A stretch of 64,000 bases of DNA, taken from assembly GCA_964016885.1 (NCBI GenBank), contig CAXHJY010001477.1, positions 744,001 to 808,000 of the forward strand, read 5' to 3'. Shown piece by piece: positions 52,401 to 64,000 of this stretch (positions within the stretch are counted from its first letter, which is position 1; each line of letters starts with the position of its first letter). The notes under the pieces were generated by a model, which saw nothing but the letters and a program-made list of their open reading frames with translations, did not search any database and was not told the origin of the DNA. Made by a program: the position numbers and the translations under genes. This stretch comes from Eledone cirrhosa (lineage: Eukaryota).

Positions 52401-55400
52401 AGTGACATACCAAGAAACAGTACAGTACACAGTCACATATATACCCTGCTATTGTAGTGTAGTGACATACCAAGAGACGGTACAGTACACAGTCACATAT
52501 ATACCCTGCTATTGTAATGTAGTGACATACCAAGAGAGAGTACAGTACAGTACTGTACACAGTCACATATATACTCTGCTATTGTAGTGTAGTGACATAC
52601 AAAGAGACAGTACAGTACAGTACAGTCACATATATACCCTGCTACTGTAGTGTAGTGACATACCACGAGACAGTACAGTACACAGTCACATATATACCCT
52701 GCTATTGTAATGTAGTGACATACCAAGAGACAGTACAGTACAGTACAGTACAGTCACATATATACCCTGCTATTGTAGTGTAGTGACATACCAAGAGACA
52801 ATAGTACACAGTCACATATATACCCTGCTATTGTAAAGTAGTGACATACCAAGATACAGTACAGTACAGTACACAGTCACATATATACCCTGCTATTGTA
52901 GTGGAGTGACATACCAAGAGACAGTACAGTACACAGTCACATATATACCCTGCTATTGTAATGTAGTGACATACCAAGAGACAGTACAGTACAGTACACA
53001 GTCACATATATACCCTGCTATTGTAGTGTAGTGACATACCAAGAGACAGTACAGTACACAGTCACATATATATCCTGCTATTGTAGTGTAGTGACATACC
53101 AAGAGACAGTACAGTACACAGTCACATATATACCCTGCTATTGTAGTGTAGTGACATACCAAGAGACAGTACAGTACAGTACACAGTCACATATATACCC
53201 TGCTATTGTAGTATAGTGACATACCAAGAGACAGTACAGTACACAGTCACATATACACCCTGCTATTGTAGTGTAGTGACATACCAAGAGACAGTACAGT
53301 ATAGTACACAGTCACATATATACCCTGCTATTGTAGTGTAGTGACATACCAAGAGACAGTACAGTACAGTACACAGTCACATATATACCCTGCTATTGTA
53401 GTGTAGTGACATACCAAGAGACAGTACAGTACACTACAGTCACATATATACCCTGCTATTGTAGTGTAGTGACATACCAAGAGACAGTACAGTACACAGT
53501 CACATATATACCCTGCTATTGTAGTGTAGTGACATACCAAGAGACAGTACAGTACAGTCACATATATACCCTGCTATTGTAGTGTAGTGACATACCAAGA
53601 GACAGTAGAGTAGACAGTCACATATATACCCTGCTATTGTAGTGTAGTGACATACCAAGAGACAGTACAGTACAGTACAGTCACATATATACCCTGCTAT
53701 TGTAGTGTAGTGACATACCAAGAGACAGTACAGTACACAGTCACATATATACCCTGCTATTGTAGTGTAGTGACATACCAAGAGACAGTACAGTACAGTC
53801 ACATATATACCCTGCTATTGTAGTGTAGTGACATACCAAGAGACAGTAGAGTAGACAGTCACATATATACCCTGCTATTGTAGTGTAGTGACATACCAAG
53901 AGACAGTACAGTACACTACACAGTCACATATATACCCTGCTATTGTAGTGTAGTGACATACCAAGAGACAGTACAGTACACAGTCACATATATACCCTGC
54001 TATTGTAGTGTAGTTACATACCAAGAGACAGTACAGTACAGTCACATATATACCCTGCTATTTTAGTGAAGTGACATACCAAGAGACAGTACAGTACACA
54101 GTCACATATATACCCTGCTATTGTAGTGTAGTGACATACCAAGAGACAGTACAGTACAGTACAGTCACATATATACCCTGCTATTGTAGTGTAGTGACAT
54201 ACCAAGAGACAGTACAGTACACGGTCACATATATACCCTGCTATTGTAGTGTAGTGACATACCAAGAGACAGTACAGTACAGTACAGTCACATATATACC
54301 CTGCTATTGTAGTGTAGTGACATACCAAGAGACAGTACAGTACAGTCACATATATACCCTGCTATTGTAATGTAGTGACATACCAAGAGACAGTACAGTA
54401 CAGTACAGTCACATATATACCCTGCTATTGTAGTGTAGTGACATACCAAGAGACAGTACAGTAACAGTACAGTCACATATATACCCTGCTATTGTAGTGT
54501 AGTGACATACCAAGAGACAGTACAGTACACAGTCACATATATACCCTGCTATTGTAGTGTAGTGACATACCAAGAGACAGTACAGTAGAGTACAGTCACA
54601 TATATACCCTGCTATTGTAGTGTAGTGACATACCAAGAGACAGTACAGTACACAGTCACATATATACCCTGCTATTGTAGTGTAGAGACATACCAAGAGA
54701 CAGTACAGTACACTACACAGTCACATATATACCCTGCTATTGTAGTGTAGTGACATACCAAGAGACAGTACAGTACACAGTCACATATATACCCTGCTAT
54801 TGTAGTGTAGTGACATACGAAGAGACAGTACAGTACAGTACACAGTCACATATATACCCTGCTATTGTAGTGTAGTGACATACCAAGAGACAGTACAGTA
54901 CACTACACAGTCACATATATACCCTGCTATTGTAGTGTAGTGACATACCAAGAGACAGTACAGTACAGTACAGTCACATATATACCCTGCTATTGTAGTG
55001 TAGTGACATACCAAGAGACAGTACAGTACACAGTCACATATATACCCTGCTATTGTAGTGTAGTGACACACCAAGAGACAGTACAGTACAGTACAGTCAC
55101 ATATATACCCTGCTATTGTAGTGTAGTGACATACCAAGAGACAGTACAGTACAGTACAGTACACTGTCACATATATACCCTGCTATTGTAGTGTAGTGAC
55201 ATACCAAGAGATAGTACAGTACAGTACAGTACAGTACACAGTCACATATATTCCCTGCTATTGTAGTGTAGTGACATACCAAGAGACAGTACAGTACAGT
55301 ACAGTACACAGCCACATATATACCCTGCTATTGTAGTGACATACCAAGAGACAGTACAGTACAGTACAGTCACATATATACCTTGCTATTGTAGTGTAGT

Positions 55401-56899
55401 GCCATACCAAGATAGAGTACAGTACACAGTCACATATATACCCTGCTATTGTAGTGTAGTGACATACCAAGAGACAGTACAGTACAGTACAGTACACAGT
55501 CACATATATACCCTGCTATTGTTGTGTAGTGACATACCAAGAGACAGTACAGTACAGTACAGTACACAGTCACATATATACCCTGCTATTGTAGTGTAGT
55601 GACATACCAAGAGACAGTACAGTACATTACAGTACACAGTCACATATATACCCTGCTATTGTAGTGTAGTGACATACCAAGAGAGAGTACAGTACAGTAC
55701 AGTCACATATATACCCTGCTATCGTAGTGTAGTGACAAACCAAGAGAGAGTACAGTACACAGTCACATATATACCCTGCTATTGTAGTGTAGTGACATAC
55801 CAAGAGACAGTACAGTACAGTACACAGTCACATATATACCCTGCTATTGTAGTGTAGTGACATACCAAGAGACAGTACAGTACAGTACACAGTCACATAT
55901 ATACCCTGCTATTGTAGTGTAGTGACATACCAAGAGACAGTACAGTACAGTACACAGTCACATATATACCCTGCTATTGTAGTGTAGTGACATACCAAGA
56001 GAGAGTACAGTACACAGTCACATATATACCCTGCTATTGTAGTGTAGTGACATACCAAGAGACAGTACAGTACAGTACTGTACACAGTCACATATATACC
56101 CTGCTATTGTAGTGTAGTAACATACCAAGAGACAGTACAGTACACAGTCACATATATACCCTGCTATTGTAGTGTAGTGACATACCAAGAGACAGTACAG
56201 TACAGTCACATATATACCCTGCTATTGTAATGTAGTGACATACCAAGAAACAGTACAGTACAGTACACAGTCACATATATACCCTGCTATTGTAGTGTAG
56301 TCACATACCAAGAGACAGTACAGTACAGTACACAGTCACATATATACCCTGCTATTGTAGTGTAGTGACATACCAAGAGACAGTACAGTACAGTACACAG
56401 TCACATATATACTCTGCTATTGTAGTGTAGTGACATACCAAGAGAGAGTACAGTACACAGTCACATATATACCCTGCTATTGTAGTGTAGTGACATACCA
56501 AGAGACAGTGCAGTACAGTACACAGTCACATATATACCCTGCTGTTGTAGTGTAGTGACATACCAAGAGACAGTACAGTACAGTACAGTACACAGTCACA
56601 TATATACCCTGCTATTGTAGTGTAGTGACATACCAAGAGACAGTACAGTACAGTACACAGACACATATATACCCTGCTATTGTAGTGTAGTGACATACCA
56701 AGAGACAGTACAGTACAGTACAGTACAGTACACAGTCACATATATACCCTGCTAGTGTAGTGTAGTGACATACCAAGAGACAGTAGAGTACAGTACACAG
56801 TCACATATATACCCTGCTATTGTAGTGTAGTGTCATACCAAGAGATAGTACAGTACAGTACAGTACACAGTCACATATATACCCTGCTATTGTAGTGTA

Positions 56900-59800
56900 G
56901 TGACATACCAAGAGACAGTACAGTACAGTACAGTACAGTACAGTACACAGTCACATATATACCCTGCTAGTGTAGTGTAGTGACATACCAAGAGACAGTA
57001 GAGTAGAGTACACAGTCACATATATACCCTGCTATTGTAGTGTAGTGACATACCAAGAGAGAGTACAGTACAGTACAGTCACATATATACCCTGCTATTG
57101 TAGTGTAGTGACATACCAAGAGACAGTACAGTACAGTACACAGTCACATATATACCCTGCTATTGTAGTGTAGTGACATACCAAGAGACAGTACAGTACA
57201 GTACACAGTCACATATATACCCTGCTATTGTAGTGTAGTGACATACCAAGAGATAGTACAGTACAGTACAGTACACAGTCACATATATACCCTGCTATTG
57301 TAGTGTAGTGACATACCAAGAGACAGTACAGTACAGTACAGTCACATATATACCCTGCTATTTTAGTGTAGTGACATACCAGGAGACAGTACAGTACACA
57401 GTCACATGTATACCCTACTATTGTAGTGTAGTGACATACCAAGAGACAGTACAGTACAGTACACAGTCACATATATACCCTGCTATTGTAGTGTAGTGAT
57501 ATACCAAGAGACAGTACAGTACACAGTCACATATATACCCTGCTATTGTAGTGTAGTGACATATCAAGAGACAGTACAGTACAGTACAGTCACATATATA
57601 CCCTGCTATTGTAGTGTAGTGACATACCAAGAGACAGTACAGTACACAGTCACATATATACCCTGCTATTGTAGTGTAGTGACATACCAAGAGACAGTAC
57701 AGTACAGTCACATATATACCCTGCTATTGTAGTGTAGTGACATACCAAGAGACAGTACAGTACAGTACACAGTCACATATATACCCTGCTATTGTAGTGT
57801 AGTGACATACCAAGAGACAGTACAGTACAGTACACAGTCACATATATACCGTGCTATTGTAGTGTAGTGACATACCAAGAGACAGTACAGTACAGTACAG
57901 TACACAGTCACATATATACCCTGCTATTGTAGTGTAGTGACATACCAAGAGACAGTACAGTACAGTACACAGTCACATATATACCCTGCTATTGTAGTTT
58001 AGTGACATACCAAGAGACAGTAAAGTACAGTACAGTACAGTCACATATATACCCTGCTATTGTAGTGTAGTGACATACCAAGAGACAGTACAGTACAGTA
58101 CACAGTCACATATATACCCTGCTATTTTAGTGTAGTGACATACCAAGATATAGTACAGTACAGTACAGTACACAGTCACATATATACCCTGCTATAGTAG
58201 TGTAGTGACATACCAAGAGACAGTACAGTACAGTACAGTCACATATATACCCTGCTATTGTAGTGTAGTGACATACCAAGAGACAGTACAGTAACAGTAC
58301 AGTCACATATATACCCTGCTTATGTAGTGTAGTGACATACCAAGAGACAGTACAGTACAGTACACAGTCCCATATATACCCTGCTATTGTAGTGTAGTGA
58401 CATACCAAGAGACAGTACAGTACAGTACAGTACACAGTCACAAATATACCCTGCTATTGTAGTGTATTGACATACCAAGAGACAGTACAGTACACAGTCA
58501 CATATATACCCTGCTATTGTAGTGTAGTGACACACCAAGAGACAGTACAGTACAGTACAGTCACATATATACCCTGCTATTGTAGTGTAGTGACATACCA
58601 AGAGACAGTACAGTACAGTACAGTCACATATATACCCTGCTATTGTAGTGTAGTGACATACCAAGAGACAGTACAGTACAGTACACAGTCACATATATAC
58701 CCTGCTATTGTAGTGTAGTGACATACCAAGAGACAGTACAGTACAGTACACAGTCACATATATACCCTGCTATTGTAGTGTAGTGACATAGCAAGAGACA
58801 GTACAGTACAGTCACATATATACCCTGCTATTGTAGTGTAGTGACAGAACAAGAGACAGTACAGTACAGTACACAGTGACATATATACCCTGCTATTGTA
58901 GTGTAGTGACATACCAAGAGACAGTACAGTACAGTACACAGTCACATATATACCCTGCTATTGTAATGTAGTGACATACCAAGAGACAGTACAGTACAGT
59001 ACAGCCACATATATACCCTGCTATTGTAGTGTAGTGACATAGCAAGAGACAGTACAGTACACAGTCACATATATACCCTGCTATTGTAGTGTAGTGACAT
59101 ACCAAGAGACAGTACAGTACAGTACACAGTGACATATATACCCTGCTATTGTAGTGTAGTGACATACCAAGAGACAGTACAGTACAGTACAGTACACAGT
59201 CACAAATATACCCTGCTATTGTAGTGTAGTGACATACCAAGATACAGTACAGTACACAGTCACATATATACCCTGCTATTGTAGTGTAGTGACATACCAA
59301 GAGGCAGTACAGTACAGTCACATATATACCCTGCTATTGTAGTGTAGTGACATACCAAGAGACAGTACAGTACAGTACACAGTCACATATATACCCTGCT
59401 ATTGTAGTGTAGTGACATACCAAGAGAGAGTACAGTACAGTACAGTACAGTCACATATATACCCTGCTATTGTATTGTAGTGACATACCAAGAGACAGTA
59501 CAGTACAGTACAGTACACAGTCACATATATACCCTGCTATTGTAGTGTAGTGACATACCAAGAGACAGTACAGTACAGTACACAGTCACATATATACCCT
59601 GCCATTGTAGTGTAGTGACATACCAAGAGATAGTACAGTACAGTACAGTACACAGTCACATATATACCCTGCTATTGTAGTGTAGTGACATACCAAGAGA
59701 CAGTACAGTACAGTACACAGTCACATATATACCCTGCTATTGTAGTGTAGTGACATACCAAGAGACAGTACAGTACAGTCACATATATACCCTGCTATTG

Positions 59801-62800
59801 TAGTGTAGTGACATACCAAGAGACAGTACAGTACACAGTCACATATATACCCTGCTATTGTAGTGTAGTGACATACCAAGAGACAGTACAGTACAGTACA
59901 GTCACATATATACCCTGCTATTGTAGTGTAGTGACATACCAAGAAACAGTACAGTACAGTACAGTACAGTACACAGTCACATATATACCCTGCTATTGTA
60001 GTGTAGTGACATACCAAGAGACAGTACACTACAGTACAGTACACAGTCACATATATACCCTGCTATTGTAATGTAGTGACATACCAAGAGACAGTACAGT
60101 ACAGTACAGTCACATATATACCCTGCTATTGTAGTGTAGTGACATACCAAGAGACAGTACAGTACACAGTCACATATATACCCTGCTATTGTAAAGTAGT
60201 GACATACCAAGAGACAGTACAGTACAGTCCACAGTCACATATATACCCTGCTATTGTAGTGTAGTGACATACCAAGAGACAGTACAGTACACAGTCACAT
60301 ATATACCCTGCTATTGTAGTGTAGTGACATACCAAGAGACAGTACAGTACAGTACACAGTCACATATATACCCTGCTATTGTAGTGTAGTGACATACCAA
60401 GAGACAGTACAGTACAGTCACATATATACCCTGCTATTGTAGTGTAGTGACATACCAAGAGACAGTACAGTACAGTACACAGTGACATATATACCCTGCT
60501 ATTGTAGTGTAGTGACATACCAAGAGACAGTACAGTACAGTACAGTACACAGTCACAAATATACCCTGCTATTGTAGTGTAGTGACATACCAAGATACAG
60601 TACAGTACACAGTCACATATATACCCTGCTATTGTAGTGTAGTGACATACCAAGAGACAGTACAGTACAGTCACATATATACCCTGCTATTGTAGTGTAG
60701 TGACATACCAAGAGACAGTACAGTACAGTACAGTCACATATATACCCTGCTATTGTAGTGTAGTGACATACCAAGAGAGAGTACAGTACAGTACAGTACA
60801 GTACAGTCACATATATACCCTGCTATTGTAGTGTAGTGACATACCAAGAGACAGTACAGTACAGTACAGTACACAGTCACATATATACCCTGCTATTGTA
60901 GTGTAGTGACATACCAAGAGACAGTACAGTACAGTACACAGTCACATATATACCCTGCTATTGTAGTGTAGTGACATACCAAGAGACAGTACAGTACAGT
61001 ACAGTCACATATATACCCTGCTATTGTAGTGTAGTGACATACCAAGAGACAGTACAGTACACAGTCACATATATACCCTGCTATTGTAGTGTAGTGACAT
61101 ACCAAGAGACAGTACAGTACAGTACAGTCACATATATACCCTGCTATTGTAGTGTAGTGACATACCAAGAAACAGTACAGTACAGTACAGTACAGTACAC
61201 AGTCACATATATACCCTGCTATTGTAGTGTAGTGACATACCAAGAGACAGTACACTACAGTACAGTACACAGTCACATATATACCCTGCTATTGTATTGT
61301 AGTGACATACCAAGAGACAGTACAGTACAGTACAGTCACATATATACCCTGCTATTGTAGTGTAGTGACATACCAAGAGACAGTACAGTACACAGTCACA
61401 TATATACCCTGCTATTGTAAAGTAGTGACATACCAAGAGACAGTACAGTACAGTACACAGTCACATATATACCCTGCTATTGTAGTGTAGTGACATACCA
61501 AGAGACAGTACAGTCACATATATACCCTGCTATTGTAGTGTAGTGACATACCAAGAGACAGTACAGTACAGTACACAGTCACATATATACCCTGCTATTG
61601 TAGTGTAGTGACATACCAAGAGACAGTACAGTACAGTACAGTACAGTACACAGTCACATATATACCCTGCTAGTGTAGTGTAGTGACATACCAAGAGACA
61701 GTACAGTACAGTACAGTACAGTACACAGTCACATATATACCCTGCTAGTGTAGTGTAGTGACATACCAAGAGACAGTAGAGTAGAGTACACAGTCACATA
61801 TATACCCTGCTATTGTAGTGTAGTGACATACCAAGAGAGAGTACAGTACAGTACAGTCACATATATACCCTGCTATTGTAGTGTAGTGACATACCAAGAG
61901 ACAGTACAGTACAGTACACAGTCACATATATACCCTGCTATTGTAGTGTAGTGACATACCAAGAGATAGTACAGTACAGTACACAGTCACATATATACCC
62001 TGCTATTGTAGTGTAGTGACATACCAAGAGACAGTACAGTACAGTACAGTCACATATATACCCTGCTATTTTAGTGTAGTGACATACCAGGAGACAGTAC
62101 AGTACACAGTCACATGTATACCCTACTATTGTAGTGTAGTGACATACCAAGAGACAGTACAGTACAGTACAGTACACAGTCACATATATACCCTGCTATT
62201 GTAGTGTAGTGATATACCAAGAGACAGTACAGTACACAGTCACATATATACCCTGCTATTGTAGTGTAGTGACATATCAAGAGACAGTACAGTACAGTAC
62301 AGTCACATATATACCCTGCTATTGTAGTGTAGTGACATACCAAGAGACAGTACAGTACACAGTCACATATATACCCTGCTATTGTAGTGTAGTGACATAC
62401 CAAGAGACAGTACAGTACAGTCACATATATACCCTGCTATTGTAGTGTAGTGACATACCAAGAGACAGTACAGTACAGTACACAGTCACATATATACCCT
62501 GCTATTGTAGTGTAGTGACATACCAAGAGACAGTACAGTACAGTACACAGTCACATATATACCCTGCTATTGTAGTGTAGTGACATACCAAGAGACAGTA
62601 CAGTACAGTACAGTACACAGTCACATATATACCCTGCTATTGTAGTGTAGTGACATACCAAGAGACAGTACAGTACAGTACACAGTCACATATATACCCT
62701 GCTATTGTAGTTTAGTGACATACCAAGAGACAGTAAAGTACAGTACAGTACAGTCACATATATACCCTGCTATTGTAGTGTAGTGACATACCAAGAGACA

Positions 62801-64000
62801 GTACAGTACAGTACACAGTCACATATATACCCTGCTATTGTAGTGTAGTGACATACCAAGATATAGTACAGTACAGTACAGTACACAGTCACATATATAC
62901 CCTGCTATAGTAGTGTAGTGACATACCAAGAGACAGTACAGTACAGTACAGTCACATATATACCCTGCTATTGTAGTGTAGTGACATACCAAGAGACAGT
63001 ACAGTAACAGTACAGTCACATATATACCCTGCTATTGTAGTGTAGTGACATACCAAGAGACAGTACAGTACAGTACACAGTCACATATATACCCTGCTAT
63101 TGTAGTGTAGTGACATACCAAGAGACAGTACAGTACAGTACAGTACACAGTCACAAATATACCCTGCTATTGTAGTGTAGTGACATACCAAGAGACAGTA
63201 CAGTACACAGTCACATATATACCCTGCTATTGTAGTGTAGTGACACACCAAGAGACAGTACAGTACAGTACAGTCACATATATACCCTGCTATTGTAGTG
63301 TAGTGACATACCAAGAGACAGTACAGTACAGTCACATATATACCCTGCTATTGTAGTGTAGTGACATACCAAGAGACAGTACAGTACAGTACAGTACACA
63401 GTCACATATATACCCTGCTATTGTAGTGTAGTGACATACCAAGAGACAGTACAGTACAGTACACAGTCACATATATACCCTGCTATTGTAGTGTAGTGAC
63501 ATAGCAAGAGACAGTACAGTACAGTCACATATATACCCTGCTATTGTAGTGTAGTGACAGAACAAGAGACAGTACAGTACAGTACACAGTGACATATATA
63601 CCCTGCTATTGTAGTGTAGTGACATACCAAGAGACAGTACAGAACAGTACACAGTCACATATATACCCTGCTATTGTAATGTAGTGACATACCAAGAGAC
63701 AGTACAGTACAGTACAGCCACATATATACCCTGCTATTGTAGTGTAGTGACATAGCAAGAGACAGTACAGTACACAGTCACATATATACCCTGCTATTGT
63801 AGTGTAGTGACATACCAAGAGACAGTACAGTACAGTACACAGTGACATATATACCCTGCTATTGTAGTGTAGTGACATACCAAGAGACAGTACAGTACAG
63901 TACAGTACACAGTCACAAATATACCCTGCTATTGTAGTGTAGTGACATACCAAGATACAGTACAGTACACAGTCACATATATACCCTGCTATTGTAGTGT
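56900..64000 (+). repeat. Higher-order duplication within Sat-C, offset ~4.71 kb, with a nested ~1.23-kb duplication
   Basis: GACAGAAC 58843/63556 (+4713); ORF pairs 57496/62209 and 58754/63467; TACACTACAGTACAG 60025/61251 (+1226). Confidence 0.85.

Larger units (their letters stand above)
22681..64000 (+). repeat. ~60-bp satellite (Sat-C) with internal variable (CAGTA)n tract, >41 kb; continues beyond the right edge of the window
   Basis: Constant core CAGTCACATATATACCCTGCTATTGTAGTGTAGTGACATACCAAGAGA, followed by 1-6 copies of CAGTA with or without CA. Monomers are mostly 58, 60, 63, 65 or 70 bp. Lines 22741 and 22801 are identical, showing the 60-bp period. Confidence 0.98.

Noticed and set aside
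22645-63953. Many short ORFs (VTYIPCYCSVVTYQET / CHYTTIAGYICDC) on both strands
   Set aside because: These are translations of Sat-C that open only where 60- or 63-bp monomers happen to be adjacent, and are constantly frameshifted by pentamer variation.
22681-64000. CRISPR-like constant repeat plus variable spacer appearance
   Set aside because: The spacers are only (CAGTA)n length variants, not unique sequences. There are no cas genes and the context is eukaryotic (LINEs).
1-64000. Telomeric or definite centromeric identity
   Set aside because: No TTAGGG/TTAGG arrays are present, and centromere function cannot be inferred from sequence alone.

Overview
Eukaryotic, heterochromatin-like window that is about 97% tandem repeat. 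It contains no intact protein-coding gene, RNA gene or CRISPR array. Layout: (1) 1-~10150, a 54-bp satellite (~188 monomers) that runs in frame into (2) a decayed RTE-clade non-LTR retrotransposon (LINE) ORF2 fragment on + (10123-11016). (3) A second, better-preserved 5'-truncated RTE fragment lies on - (11017-11773), with 3' UTR and (GAT)n tail. (4) A 14/16/8-bp TGTCACTATGTCAG satellite spans 11774-~22330. (5) A short unique spacer and compound (CA)n tract follow (22331-22680). (6) A ~60-bp satellite with a variable (CAGTA)n insert and kb-scale higher-order duplications runs from 22681 to the end. Almost all ORFs in the supplied track are repeat artefacts. The most notable signals are three. 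The 54-bp satellite appears to be an amplified 18-codon piece of the adjacent LINE ORF2. The 54-bp and 60-bp satellites share two collinear sequence blocks. The two oppositely oriented LINE fragments break at the same homologous position. The LINE 3' end resembles cephalopod (Octopus-type) RTE repeats from memory; this is unverified. I see no evidence of a new gene-encoded system, so any novelty here concerns repeat origin and evolution.
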